Source of the DNA: an uncultured bacterium
GTDB taxonomy: Bacteria > Eisenbacteria > RBG-16-71-46 > CAIMUX01 > WJJG01
Length of the DNA: 64,000 nucleotides
Direction of reading: 5' to 3'
Assembly: GCA_964654025.1 (NCBI GenBank)
Contig: CAZZIF010000002.1
Span: 883-64,882 of the forward strand
In this document: in pieces, positions 37,124 through 47,706 of the stretch
Layout of the letters: each line of letters begins with the position of its first letter
Numbering within the stretch: position 1 is the stretch's first letter
Program-made: the position numbers and the translations under genes
The notes under the pieces: model-generated
The model's database searches: none
What the model was told of the DNA's origin: nothing
The model's input: the letters and a program-made list of their open reading frames with translations, nothing else

Positions 37124-39559
37124 ATGCAGAAGAGCGAGGCAACCATGACCTCTACGAAGCAAGGCGGGAAGTCTCGTCGCCGGGAAGAAAGCTACGTTCG
37201 TTGGCTCCAGGACCTGAGCAATGACGACGTCGAACAAGTGGGCGGCAAGAACGCATCGCTTGGCGAGATGCTGCGGTCCTTGAAGAAAGAAGGCGTGCGG
37301 GTGCCGAACGGCTTCGCCACCACGGCGCACGCCTATCGAGAGTTCCTGACACACAACGACCTGGAGGAGGAGATTCGGTCACGGCTCGAGGGACTGGCTC
37401 CGGACGAGTCGGATCTCGTGAAGGTGGCGCGTGGGGTCCGCCGACTCTTCTCGCGTGCCGAGTTTCCGCAAGCAGTGCGTTCGGCCATCGAGCAAGCCTA
37501 CCAGGAGCTGTCAGAAACCTACGATACCAGCGATGTCGATGTCGCCGTTCGCAGCAGCGCCACCGCGGAGGATTTGCCTGAGGCGAGCTTCGCGGGACAG
37601 CAAGAGACCTACTTGAACGTCTCCGGAGCGGAGGATCTTCTCGATGCCTGCCGGGACTGCTACGCCTCCCTGTTCACCGCCCGGGCGATCGCCTACCGCG
37701 CCGAAAAAGGCTTCGATCACCTCGAGGTAGCCCTATCGGTGGGCGTGCAGAAGATGGTCCGGGCCGACCGCGCGGGGGCCGGCGTGATGTTCTCGATCGA
37801 CACCGAGACCGGCTTTCCGGATGTGGTCGTGATCAACGCGGCCTGGGGCCTCGGCGAAAACGTGGTTCAAGGAGCGATCACGCCGGACGAGTACCGCGTC
37901 TTCAAGCCCCCGCTGGAAGAAGACGGATTTGTGCCGATCATCGAGAAGAGCCTTGGAGAGAAGCAGAAGAAGATCATCTATGCGAGCGGCAACGGCCAGA
38001 CGATCAAGAATGTCGACACGCCCAAGAAGGAGCGACGCTCGTTTGTCCTCACGAATGAAGACATCCTCACCCTGGCGCGCTGGGCAGTCGCCGTCGAGAA
38101 GCACTATCAGAAGCCGATGGACATGGAGTGGGCCAAGGACGGGGACTCGGGCGATCTCTACATGGTGCAAGCCCGTCCCGAGACGGTTCAGTCGCAGCGG
38201 ACCGGACAGGCACTCAGCACCTACCGGCTCAAGGAACGAGGCGAGGTGCTCGTCACCGGACTGGCGATTGGGGAAGCGATTGCCGCCGGAAAGGTGTCGA
38301 ACATCGGCAACCCGCACGAGGCGGAGGGTTTCGAGGATGGCAGCATTCTGGTTACCGAGATGACCGATCCGGACTGGGTGCCCGTCATGAAGCGCGCCGC
38401 GGGGATCATTACCGACCATGGGGGGCGGACGAGCCATGCCGCCATTGTCAGCCGCGAGCTCGGTCTGCCAGCGCTGGTCGGATGCGAGAACGCGACCGAG
38501 CGGCTGGCTGACGATGACGAGGTCACGCTGTCGTGCGCAGAGGGGGAACGAGGCAAGGTGTTTCGCGGGAAGCTCGACTTCGAGGTCGAGGAACTCGACC
38601 TGTCCGACCTCCCGGAGGTGGGCCCGCGGATCATGATGAACATCGCCAGTCCCGCCGCGGCCTTGCGCTGGTGGCGCCTGCCGGCCAAGGGCGTGGGCCT
38701 GGCTCGCATGGAGTTCATCATCAACAACGTGATCAAGGCGCACCCGATGGCATTGCTGCACTACGACGAGCTCGAGGACAAACAAGCACGCCGGGACATT
38801 GCGGAGCTGACGAGCGCCTATGACGATCGTGGGGAGTACTTCATCGACAACCTCGCGCGCGGCATCGCCCGGCTGGCGGCTTCACAGTATCCCGAGCCCG
38901 TGATTGTGAGAATGAGCGATTTCAAGTCGAATGAGTACGCCGATCTGATCGGAGGGAAGCAGTTCGAACCCGACGAGGAGAATCCCATGTTGGGCCTGAG
39001 GGGTGCCGCACGGTACTACAGCGAGCAGTACCGCGAGGGATTCGCTCTGGAATGCCGGGCCATTCGCCGGGTACGTGAGGAGATCGGTCTGCGAAACGTA
39101 GTCATCATGATCCCTTTCTGCCGCACGCCGGAGGAAGCCGATCGCGTCCTCGAGGTCCTGGCCGAGAACGGACTCGAGCGGGGCAAGGACGGCCTCGAGA
39201 TTTACGTCATGATCGAGATCCCGTCGAACGTCGTGCTGGCCGAGGAGTTTGCCGAACGTTTCGACGGCTTCTCGATCGGCAGCAACGATCTCACGCAGCT
39301 CATCCTGGGCGTCGACCGAGACTCGGCTGCTCTCAGGGAGCTCTTCGACGAACGCCATCCGGCGGTCAAACGGTCCATCGCCGATCTCATCGAGCGTGCC
39401 CACCGAAAGGGCACTAAGGTCGGCATCTGCGGGCAAGCGCCCAGTGACCATCCGGGATTCGCCAGGTTCCTGGTGGAGTCGGGCATCGATTCGATCTCGT
39501 TGAATCCCGACAGCGTCGTGTCGGTGATCCGGGAAGTGGCCGAACTCGAAGGCAGGTAG
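37124..39559 (+). CDS. ppsA: Phosphoenolpyruvate synthase (pyruvate, water dikinase)
   Basis: VGGKNASLGEM ATP-grasp motif, phosphohistidine domain, PEP-utilising C-terminal domain. Start uncertain among the ATGs at 37103, 37124 and 37145. Confidence 0.85.
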   Translation: MQKSEATMTSTKQGGKSRRREESYVRWLQDLSNDDVEQVGGKNASLGEMLRSLKKEGVRVPNGFATTAHAYREFLTHNDLEEEIRSRLEGLAPDESDLVKVARGVRRLFSRAEFPQAVRSAIEQAYQELSETYDTSDVDVAVRSSATAEDLPEASFAGQQETYLNVSGAEDLLDACRDCYASLFTARAIAYRAEKGFDHLEVALSVGVQKMVRADRAGAGVMFSIDTETGFPDVVVINAAWGLGENVVQGAITPDEYRVFKPPLEEDGFVPIIEKSLGEKQKKIIYASGNGQTIKNVDTPKKERRSFVLTNEDILTLARWAVAVEKHYQKPMDMEWAKDGDSGDLYMVQARPETVQSQRTGQALSTYRLKERGEVLVTGLAIGEAIAAGKVSNIGNPHEAEGFEDGSILVTEMTDPDWVPVMKRAAGIITDHGGRTSHAAIVSRELGLPALVGCENATERLADDDEVTLSCAEGERGKVFRGKLDFEVEELDLSDLPEVGPRIMMNIASPAAALRWWRLPAKGVGLARMEFIINNVIKAHPMALLHYDELEDKQARRDIAELTSAYDDRGEYFIDNLARGIARLAASQYPEPVIVRMSDFKSNEYADLIGGKQFEPDEENPMLGLRGAARYYSEQYREGFALECRAIRRVREEIGLRNVVIMIPFCRTPEEADRVLEVLAENGLERGKDGLEIYVMIEIPSNVVLAEEFAERFDGFSIGSNDLTQLILGVDRDSAALRELFDERHPAVKRSIADLIERAHRKGTKVGICGQAPSDHPGFARFLVESGIDSISLNPDSVVSVIREVAELEGR

Positions 39560-39636
39560 CCCAGGTGAGTCGCGATCTCATCGATCCGATCGCTCGAAGA
39601 GACACTCTTAGAGAAACTCAAGGAAAGGGGGCCATC

Positions 39637-41169
39637 ATGCAGCTTCACTGCATTGCCAATTGGATATATCACCGAACCGTCGTCTTGACGGTCGCCACGC
39701 TGTTGCTGGCGCTTGCGGGGGCAGCTGGACCGGCTCGTGCGGAGCCGGCATTGACCGATCAGCAAATCACCGATGCGATCGAAGACGAGCTGGCGTATGA
39801 CAAAGCGGTGCCGCTCAATGACATCGATGTTCGCACCACCAACGGGATTGCCGCACTGAGCGGGACGGTTAGCACCCTCCTTGCCAAGGAACGCGCCGCG
39901 CAGCTAGCCGAAACCGTCAAGGGCGTACGATCCGTCGTCAATACGATCGATGTCAAGCCGTACTGGGGTCGCATGGATTGGGAGATCGAGTCCGACGTCG
40001 ACCAAGCCTTGGTCGGCGATCCGGCAACCGAATCCTGGGAGATCGCTGCCGAAGTGCAGAACAAGACGGTCTATCTGTCCGGAACCGTGGATTCGTGGCA
40101 CGAACGGGAATTGGCGGAACGCGTAGCCAAAGGGATCCGCGGAGTCGCGGCCGTCGAGAATGATCTAAGCATTTCGTATGACGAGGAACGTACGGACGCC
40201 GAGATTCGAGCTGAGGTCGAGCACGCTTTGCGCTGGGACGGCCTGGTCGATCACTCCCTGATCGAGGTGGACGTGTCGGCGGGCGAAGTCGAGCTGAGCG
40301 GTAAGGTCGGCAGCGCGGCCGAGAAGCGGCGGGCCGAACGTGATGCGTGGGTCTATGGCACTGAATCGGTCGAGGCCGAGGCGCTCACGGTCGATCCGGC
40401 CGTTCATGATGAAGCCCAGCGCGAACGCGAATACGTCGTGAAGTCCGAGGAGGAGGTTCGTGAGGCCATCAAGGATGCCCTCGTCTATGACCCTCGGGTC
40501 TACTCCTTTGACGTCGATGTCGATGTGACCGGCAGTGCCGTGACCTTGCGCGGGCGAGTCGACAACATGAAGGCCAAGCGGGCGGCGGCTCAGGTGGCAC
40601 GCCGGACGTGGGGAGTAGCGGCCGTCACCAATCGGATTCGCGTGCGCCCCGCAGCGGTTGAGGACACCGAGGTTGCCCGGGACATCGGCAACGCCATCGC
40701 CCGTGACCCTTACATTGAGCGCTACGAAATCGACGTTGATGTCACGAATGGCACGGCCCGGCTCTCCGGAACGGTCGACTCCTACTTCGAGAAGGCCCGA
40801 GCCGAGGATATTGCCGTCCGGACCAACGGGGTGTCCGAGGTGCGCAACGGTCTCGAGGTCGACTACCCGGAATCGTGGATTGCCTATGATCCGTATGTCT
40901 ACGATTACTATCCGTATGATTACACATGGTATGACTACGCGCCCTACGTGACGTTCAGGTCCGATCGCGAGATTCGGCAGGACATTGAAAACGAGTTCTG
41001 GTGGAGCCCTTTCGTCGACGGCGATGATGTGACCGTCACGGTCGAGGACGGCGTAGCGACATTGACCGGAGAGGTGGACAGCTGGTCTGAACGACTCGAC
41101 GCCACCGAGAACGCGTTCGAGGGTGGTGCGGTCTGGGTCGACAATAACCTGATGGTGGAATCGCGGTGA
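39637..41169 (+). CDS. Multi-BON-domain protein (second paralog), secreted
   Basis: AAGGGGG RBS. Signal peptide MQLHCIANWIYHRTVVLTVATLLLALAGAAGPARA. About 7 BON repeats. Probably co-transcribed with ppsA (the gap is under 80 bp). Confidence 0.7.
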   Translation: MQLHCIANWIYHRTVVLTVATLLLALAGAAGPARAEPALTDQQITDAIEDELAYDKAVPLNDIDVRTTNGIAALSGTVSTLLAKERAAQLAETVKGVRSVVNTIDVKPYWGRMDWEIESDVDQALVGDPATESWEIAAEVQNKTVYLSGTVDSWHERELAERVAKGIRGVAAVENDLSISYDEERTDAEIRAEVEHALRWDGLVDHSLIEVDVSAGEVELSGKVGSAAEKRRAERDAWVYGTESVEAEALTVDPAVHDEAQREREYVVKSEEEVREAIKDALVYDPRVYSFDVDVDVTGSAVTLRGRVDNMKAKRAAAQVARRTWGVAAVTNRIRVRPAAVEDTEVARDIGNAIARDPYIERYEIDVDVTNGTARLSGTVDSYFEKARAEDIAVRTNGVSEVRNGLEVDYPESWIAYDPYVYDYYPYDYTWYDYAPYVTFRSDREIRQDIENEFWWSPFVDGDDVTVTVEDGVATLTGEVDSWSERLDATENAFEGGAVWVDNNLMVESR

Positions 41170-41271
41170 GCCATCGCGGTGAGCCCGAACGTCGGGCGTC
41201 ACCGGAGTCCCGGCGAATCTGAGTGAGAAGGAGGGCGGACCCGAACGCGGTTCGGGTCCGCTATTAATGGG

Positions 41272-41781
41272 TCAGCCGAGAACTCGTAGCGCAGCGTCGA
41301 TGAACTCTGGAAGGTCATGCGGATTCCGGCTCGAAATCATGTTGCGATCGCGGACCACCGGCTGGTCCTTGACGATCGCACCTGCATTCTCCATGTCCTT
41401 CCGGATGGATGTATATCCAGTCACCGTTCGGCCGTTCAGCACATCAGCGGTAATCAAGAGCTGCGGAGCGTGGCAAATCAGGAAGACAGGCTTGTCGGCC
41501 TCCACGAACTCCCGCACGAAGGAGACGACCGGTTCATGAACCCGGAGCCGATCCGGTGAGTAGCCTCCGGGAATGAACAGGGCATCGTATTCGGTTGGAT
41601 CTGCGTCGGCGATGTTCAGATCGATCAGAACCGATTCTTGATTTCGCTTCCCGATGACTTTATCACCGGTCTTGAGTCCGATGTGGGTCAATGTGTGACC
41701 CGCCTCTCGGAAGCTGTTGGCGGGGCGGGTGTATTCAGAGTCTTCGAAGAGATGGTCGACAAGTACGGCGATAGTGGCCAT
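41272..41781 (-). CDS. DJ-1/PfpI family protein (class I glutamine amidotransferase-like; deglycase/protease)
   Basis: AGGAGG RBS 6 nt before the ATG at 41781. AIVKD...FLICHAPQLL nucleophile-elbow Cys and DALFIPGG motif. Confidence 0.8.
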   Translation of the reverse strand: MATIAVLVDHLFEDSEYTRPANSFREAGHTLTHIGLKTGDKVIGKRNQESVLIDLNIADADPTEYDALFIPGGYSPDRLRVHEPVVSFVREFVEADKPVFLICHAPQLLITADVLNGRTVTGYTSIRKDMENAGAIVKDQPVVRDRNMISSRNPHDLPEFIDAALRVLG

Positions 41782-41815
41782 GCGTGTCCTCCTGGTTCTG
41801 GTTCCACGGCGGCTA

Positions 41816-42217
41816 TCAGGCCACCGGCAAGGCCAGAGGCTTCGATGACTGCCACAGGCCGTGGATGTTGCAAAGACTGGTAGCAAAAAGCGTCCCCGGC
41901 TTGTCGGTCTTGAATGATACCTGGACCTCGTGATGCGTGTAGACCCCGCTCGTATCGGGACCGTCCACGGATTCGCCATGTGCCTGGAATGCCGTGTGGG
42001 CGATTTCATAGGGGAACGGAGCATCCTCGGGATGGAAGTACACCTTGATCCACCGAATGTGATGAGCGGTCTCGTTCGGATGCGCGACTTCTTTCCCAAG
42101 GGTGACCGTGATCGGGAAGTACTGCCCCTTCTCTACTTCCTCCGGTACTTCTATCACCGGCACGTGTTTCTCGGTCTTCCAGTCATCGGTTTGATAGAGC
42201 TTGCAGATGTCTGCCAT
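41816..42217 (-). CDS. Superoxide reductase (desulfoferrodoxin ferrous-iron-binding domain)
   Basis: KHVPVIEV, HHIRWI and CNIHGLWQS (the SOR iron ligands His/His/Cys/His). GGAGGAGG RBS. Confidence 0.8.
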   Translation of the reverse strand: MADICKLYQTDDWKTEKHVPVIEVPEEVEKGQYFPITVTLGKEVAHPNETAHHIRWIKVYFHPEDAPFPYEIAHTAFQAHGESVDGPDTSGVYTHHEVQVSFKTDKPGTLFATSLCNIHGLWQSSKPLALPVA

Positions 42218-42658
42218 GGGCTGGCCTCCTCCATGTCGTCTGTGTGTACTGCTCGGGTGAACCGCCTATTGCACGGAGCACCGGGTATTCGCACTGGTGG
42301 CAATCCGGGCCTGCCGGGGTGGGAGGGGCGGAACGGGAGTGATGGTGCACAGGGATCGAGTACTCCCGTTCCACCCCATGGGTTGGGGGATGAGCGTAGC
42401 AGAAGCGTAGGGCGTGCGGCCGGCGTGCGGAGCCAAACAGCCGCACGATCTACGAAACTACTTGATCGTGACGATGCTTCGATCGCGCGACCCCGCTTTC
42501 TTCATCGTGACCGCCCTTCTATGCCTATCGATGTCTTGCGCTTGGCGGCAGTATCCTCGATGGAGAATGCCGCTCGCCATCGGGGAACAGCCGGTCAGGG
42601 CTTCGGGTAGATCGCCAGGTCGGACCAGGGGTTGATTCCGTCTCTGGTGTGACGCGAG

Positions 42659-43816
42659 CTAGGCCGCTAGACCTCGTGGCAGCTCTGCGTCGCCCTCCAG
42701 GTCCAGCTTCACGGAGAGGAAGCGCAACAGGTCCTTCAACGCCAGCATCCCGAGCAACTTGTCACCCTCGGCGACGATCAGGCGGCCGGCTTGGTTACGG
42801 TTCATCTTCTCGAGTGCCTTGACCGCATCGGTGTGGGGCGCGATCGTATTGCTGTCCGAACAGGGTTGCGCCGCATCTCCAACCCGATAGCGACTCCACT
42901 CCTCGCGGGGGATCTCCTTGACGTTCCGGGTTGTGATGCAACCGACCAGACGTTCCTGATCCACTACCGGATATAGTTTGTAGTGATGGCGGTAGACGTA
43001 GTCCTCCACGAACTCTCCAATCGAAAGGGACGAGGATACGGACACGGGAGACCCTTTCATGAAGCGGCGTACCTCCTCGCCCTGCAATGCAATACGAATC
43101 AAGAGCTGCTGGTAGCTGTTCTTGGCGACCGAGCGGATGAAGAATCCGATCAGGATCCACCACAATCCCCCGATTGGGTTCATGAACAGCAGGTTGACTA
43201 CACCCAAGCCCACGAGCAATAGCCCGAAGCCGGCCCCAACGCGAGAGGCGATGCGGGTCGCCTCCCGTAGGTTGCCCTTCTTCTTCCAAATCAGGGCACG
43301 GAGCACCCGGCCTCCGTCGAGGGGATAGCCGGGAATCATATTGAAGACGACCAGCACACCATTGATGTATCCGATCCAGCGCAGCACGGCGGTCACCGGT
43401 TGGGACCATCCCCATGAGGTCCCGAGGGTGGCCAGCCCCAGGAAGACGCCCAGGACGAGGACACTGGCCAAGGGCCCGGCGATGGCCATCTTCAGCTCGG
43501 CCATCGCGCTAGGGGGTTCGTCAGACATCTCCGCCACCCCACCAAACAAAAACAGCGTGATGCCCTTCATGGGAAGGCCCGATCCGCGGGCCACCAAGGA
43601 GTGGGACATCTCATGGAAGACGATCGATAGGAACAAGCCGGCCGCGGCGGCCAGCCCCATGAGTCCATACTGCCACCCGCTCAGTCCTTCGACCTGCTGC
43701 GGAAACACTCCACCGGCCAGCGACCAGACAACGAGCGCGAGGATCAGAAGCCAGCTGAGATCAATGCGCACGGCGAAGTCGAACAGTGTGAATAGCGTGT
43801 ATCGCTTACCGAACAT
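42659..43816 (-). CDS. Site-2-protease-family M50 zinc metalloprotease with C-terminal CBS pair
   Basis: AGGAGG RBS before the ATG at 43816. HEMSHSLVAR (HExxH) with GGVAEM. Multiple TM helices. The C-terminus has 2 CBS domains (VSVSSSLSIGEFVEDY..., LVGCITTRNV...). Confidence 0.8.
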   Translation of the reverse strand: MFGKRYTLFTLFDFAVRIDLSWLLILALVVWSLAGGVFPQQVEGLSGWQYGLMGLAAAAGLFLSIVFHEMSHSLVARGSGLPMKGITLFLFGGVAEMSDEPPSAMAELKMAIAGPLASVLVLGVFLGLATLGTSWGWSQPVTAVLRWIGYINGVLVVFNMIPGYPLDGGRVLRALIWKKKGNLREATRIASRVGAGFGLLLVGLGVVNLLFMNPIGGLWWILIGFFIRSVAKNSYQQLLIRIALQGEEVRRFMKGSPVSVSSSLSIGEFVEDYVYRHHYKLYPVVDQERLVGCITTRNVKEIPREEWSRYRVGDAAQPCSDSNTIAPHTDAVKALEKMNRNQAGRLIVAEGDKLLGMLALKDLLRFLSVKLDLEGDAELPRGLAA

Positions 43817-44257
43817 GGGCGACCTCCTAGACTGGCCTCCTGGGCTGTCCTCTTGGCGGTGGTGAGTTGCGGACTCGCATACACAATCACGCACCGTGAG
43901 TGTCAGGAGCAACCGGGCGGCCTCCCGGCTGGCGTCTAGGATCTGGCCCGAGGGCAACCAGGTTCGAGAAGTGTGATGGTGGGGAGACGTCCTCGTGAAG
44001 TCGTTGGCGGTGGGGAAGTCCCGTGCCATGGGGGATTCCCCGAAATTTCCGTGTGCGGGTTGCTAAGTGCTGTAGTTTAGGCGCATTCATTGGCACCTCG
44101 CTTAGCTGTTCTTGGTTTGTTTGCAGTCACCGGCTATACTGCGGGCACTGACCAAGAGCATGGGCCGGGCGAGGCTGAGGGGTGTTCTGAGCAATGCGTT
44201 ATCAGATCCGGTAGACGTTCTTCAGCTCTTGCGGACTGCTCGGTAGGGGAGGAAAGC

Positions 44258-44920
44258 ATGACCACGAATATTCAGAACCGCACCAAGGTGTTACTCGTCG
44301 ACGATCATCCGATCGTTCGCCGGGGACTGGCGAAGCTGTTGGGAGAACGTCCCAATATCGACATCTGTGGCGAGGCCGACGGGGCCGCGCAGGCACTCGA
44401 TCATATCGCCAAGGACCGGCCGGACCTGATCATCATCGACATTTCGCTCAAGGATGTCGGCGGCATCGAGCTGATCAAACAGATCCGTGCCCTGGATAGC
44501 GAGATCAAGCTCATGGTGTGCTCTATGCACGACGAGAACCTGTATGCCGAAAGAGTGCTTCAAGCGGGCGCCCTGGGCTATGTCAACAAGGAGACTGCCA
44601 CCGAGCGCATCTTCGACGCCATCGAACAGGTCATGGCCGGCAGGGTCTATCTCAGCCCCGAGATGTCCGAGCAACTTCTCAGCCGCATGGTGGGCGGGGA
44701 GCCAAACACGGACAAGACCTCCATCGAAACACTGTCGGATCGTGAGCTCGAGGTGTTCGAGCTGATCGGGCGGGGATTGACGACGCGGCAGATCGCCGAG
44801 CGGCTGTGCCTGAGCGTCAAGACGATCGAGACCTACCGAGAGAACCTGAAGATCAAACTGAACCTTACGAACAGCCCCATGTTGATTCGTGCCGCGGTTC
44901 AGTGGCTCGAAACGCGCTAG
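44258..44920 (+). CDS. NarL/FixJ (LuxR)-family response regulator
   Basis: GGGGAGGA RBS. REC domain KVLLVDDHPIVRRGL...DLIIIDISL. C-terminal HTH LuxR domain LSDRELEVFELIGRGLTTRQIAERLCLSVKTIETYR. Confidence 0.85.
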   Translation: MTTNIQNRTKVLLVDDHPIVRRGLAKLLGERPNIDICGEADGAAQALDHIAKDRPDLIIIDISLKDVGGIELIKQIRALDSEIKLMVCSMHDENLYAERVLQAGALGYVNKETATERIFDAIEQVMAGRVYLSPEMSEQLLSRMVGGEPNTDKTSIETLSDRELEVFELIGRGLTTRQIAERLCLSVKTIETYRENLKIKLNLTNSPMLIRAAVQWLETR

Positions 44921-44975
44921 TGGCACGGCGGCCTCTCTCACGGCGTCTCAAGAGCCGGCTTCGAGATCTCCGGTG

Positions 44976-45179
44976 TCACTCACGGACATCGTGAACGAGA
45001 ATGGCCTGGCTCGGGCATTCGGCCGCCACCGCCACGCAATCGGTCTCGAGTTCGGCCGGCACCTTGTCGACCAAGACGGTGGCCTTCTTGCTGCCCTCCT
45101 GGAACCGGAAGATGCTCGGCAAGCGCATGACGCATATGCCGGCGCCTGTACATTTGACCTGATCTACTTCAACTCGCAT
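44976..45179 (-). CDS. Small ferredoxin (single [3Fe-4S]/[4Fe-4S] cluster, FdxA-like)
   Basis: AAGGA RBS before the ATG at 45179. MRVEVDQVKCTGAGICVMRLPSIF...DCVAVAAECPSQAI cluster-binding pattern. Confidence 0.65.
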   Translation of the reverse strand: MRVEVDQVKCTGAGICVMRLPSIFRFQEGSKKATVLVDKVPAELETDCVAVAAECPSQAILVHDVRE

Positions 45180-45246
45180 GGTTTGTTCCTTTCCAAGCAC
45201 ACGGCGTCTCCCAAGCACTCGTTCCTTCCCAAGCGGATGACCGCGG

Positions 45247-47706
45247 TCAGTCCGAGAGATGGGATACGGCAACCGTCTGCCCATGGCTATTGGTTTCATC
45301 CGGCCGCAGACTGAATTCCGCGGTGTCACCGGCACACAGCTCCGCTTCCTCCTGATGACACGCAACGCGGATCGTCCCGGTTCCCATCTCTCGCGCGGTG
45401 ATTCTCAGCTCGTCCCGAGACAGCACCACGACGAGGGAATGTTTTCGGTAGCGTAGGGTCATTCGCAGGCAATCGATGCCGATCGGCAGCGCCGGATTGA
45501 ACCACAGCGCGTCCCCTCGTGTTTCGAGCCCCGTGTAGTTGCGCTGCACGAGATCGACCGTGCCCGCCATGGCGCCGAGATGGATTCCCTCCGGTGTCGT
45601 TCCCCCCTGGATGTCGCTGAGATCGGCATCGAGCGCCTCGCTGAATAACTTCCAGGCCCGTTCACGATCCGACCGTGCCAGCACCCACGCATGAACCACG
45701 TGGCTGAGCGTGGAGCCATGCGGGGTCCGTTTCAAGTAGTACGTGACATTGGCGGGGATCATATCCGGGTGCCACGTGATGCCAAGCCGGGTGAACATCT
45801 CTTCGAGTTCCTCGGCCGAAAACAGATAGAAGAGCATGAGCACATCGGCCTGCTTGGAGACCTTGTAAGCATTGGGCGTGTCGCCTTCGGCCTCCAGAAT
45901 GCGGTCCAAGCGTTGGATGTTGCCGTACTTCTCCCGGTAGCCGTCCCAATCGAACTCCTTGAGGTCGAAGTATCCTTCGAACTGGCTGATGATCCCCTCC
46001 TCGGAAATCACGACGCGCAGTTTCCGGCTGATCTCATCCCAGGCCTCGATTTCGCTCTCGTCGATCCGAAGCAGCTCGCGCAGGGTCGAAAGGCGCTCCT
46101 CCGGAAGAATCTCCAGCAACTCCAGCGCTCGGCAGAGAACCCACGACGCCATGACATTGGTGTAGGCGTTGTTGTCGAGGCCGGGTTCGGGCGTATCCGG
46201 AAGCCGGTCGTGATACTCGTCCGGGCCCATGACCTTGCGAATTTCGTAACAGTCGAAGGTGCTGTTGTAGGTGGCCAAGCTGGCGAAGAGACGGGCGATC
46301 TCCAAGATCATCTCGGCGCCGATCCAGCTCAAGAACTCGCGGTCATCGGTGACCTGATAGTGCTGCCAGACGTTGTAGGCGATGGACGCGTTGACGTGCC
46401 TCTGGAGATGAGTATTGTCCGGCAGCCAGCGCATCGACCTCGGATTGAGGTGAAGCACCTGGCTCTCTTCGCGGCCGTCACTCCCGCTCTGCCAGGGATA
46501 GAGGGCGCCTTGGAAGCCTTCCCGCTGGGCCGCCGCCCGGGCTTCGGAGAGCCGCCGGTACCGGTAGCCGAGCAGCGCGCGCGTTATCTCCGGCATGCGA
46601 AGGTTGAGCGTAGGGAAGATGAACATCTCGTCCCAGAAAATGTGGCCTCGGTAAGCCTCCCCGTGAAGACCTCTGGCCGGGACACCCACATCGAGTCCCA
46701 TGATGTTGGGCGACGCCGTCTGAAGGATGTGAAACAAATGCAGGTGCAGAACCAGCGATGTGTGGGAGGCCTGTTCTTCATCAGGTCCTTCGAGAGCCAG
46801 GTCGAAGCGCTGCCACAGATGGTACCAGAGACCGGCATGCCGGCGCGCCAGCGACTCGAAGTGCTCGGCGCGATCGAGCTCCTTGACGGCAGCCAGACCG
46901 CATTCGGAGATGGCTGGATCCCGAGAGGTATAGAGCGCTACGGTCTTCTCGATCGTGATCGGATGGCCCTCGGCTGCCCGGCAGTCGAAGAACTGAGCAA
47001 CATAGGCATCTTCACCGGCTGCCGTGACGGGAGGGGGCACCTGGCGTCCCTGGCATTCCACGCGGGTGCGGGCCGCCTGGACGATCTCGATGTGGGACTG
47101 GTTCGTGCGTACCCGCAGGAGCATGCCGCCGTTGATGGCACGGGCCTCCAAGGGCTCCAGGTGGCGACTCTCCAGCGGCCGGTAACGAGCGACATTGTCG
47201 TTGATGACACGTCCATCGAGCGCTGATCGGATCTGAATCGTTCCCGACCAGTTTTCGGGAAGCAGCGTTGCCTCCAGAGCTGCCAGATGTGGGCTGTCCA
47301 TGTGGACGAGCCGCCGCGAGCGATACTGCGACACCCGCCCCTCCCGGTCGCGAAAGCGAATGTTCCGCTGCAGGATGCCGCGTTTGAGATCGAGTTGCTG
47401 GTGATAGTCCAGGAGTTCGACGCGGCGGAAGTCGATCCAGTCTTCTCCCGCTACCCGGAGAGAGAGGGGGAGCCAGTTGGGCATGTTGACCAGGTCTTCG
47501 TTTTCGACCTTGTGATGAGCGATTTCGGTTTCGCGCCGGTTGTAGCCGCCCGCCAAGTAGGTGCCGGGATAGTGCACATCGTCGGCTCGGGTCTCCTCCC
47601 CTGCGCCACGCGTTGCGAAGTAGCCATTGCCGAGGGTGCAGAGCGCTTCGCGTAAGCCCTCTTGCTCGGGGGCGAAGCCTTCATAGCTCAGATGCCAGAT
47701 TGACAA
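45247..47706 (-). CDS. Glycoside hydrolase family 65 phosphorylase (trehalose / trehalose-6-phosphate / kojibiose phosphorylase-like)
   Basis: TTG start at 47706 with a GGGAGG RBS, overlapping the stop of the upstream gene by 19 nt. N-terminus WHLSYEGFAPEQEGLREALCTLGNGYFATRGAGEE is the GH65 N-terminal signature. Central (alpha/alpha)6 domain. Confidence 0.8.
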   Translation of the reverse strand: MSIWHLSYEGFAPEQEGLREALCTLGNGYFATRGAGEETRADDVHYPGTYLAGGYNRRETEIAHHKVENEDLVNMPNWLPLSLRVAGEDWIDFRRVELLDYHQQLDLKRGILQRNIRFRDREGRVSQYRSRRLVHMDSPHLAALEATLLPENWSGTIQIRSALDGRVINDNVARYRPLESRHLEPLEARAINGGMLLRVRTNQSHIEIVQAARTRVECQGRQVPPPVTAAGEDAYVAQFFDCRAAEGHPITIEKTVALYTSRDPAISECGLAAVKELDRAEHFESLARRHAGLWYHLWQRFDLALEGPDEEQASHTSLVLHLHLFHILQTASPNIMGLDVGVPARGLHGEAYRGHIFWDEMFIFPTLNLRMPEITRALLGYRYRRLSEARAAAQREGFQGALYPWQSGSDGREESQVLHLNPRSMRWLPDNTHLQRHVNASIAYNVWQHYQVTDDREFLSWIGAEMILEIARLFASLATYNSTFDCYEIRKVMGPDEYHDRLPDTPEPGLDNNAYTNVMASWVLCRALELLEILPEERLSTLRELLRIDESEIEAWDEISRKLRVVISEEGIISQFEGYFDLKEFDWDGYREKYGNIQRLDRILEAEGDTPNAYKVSKQADVLMLFYLFSAEELEEMFTRLGITWHPDMIPANVTYYLKRTPHGSTLSHVVHAWVLARSDRERAWKLFSEALDADLSDIQGGTTPEGIHLGAMAGTVDLVQRNYTGLETRGDALWFNPALPIGIDCLRMTLRYRKHSLVVVLSRDELRITAREMGTGTIRVACHQEEAELCAGDTAEFSLRPDETNSHGQTVAVSHLSD

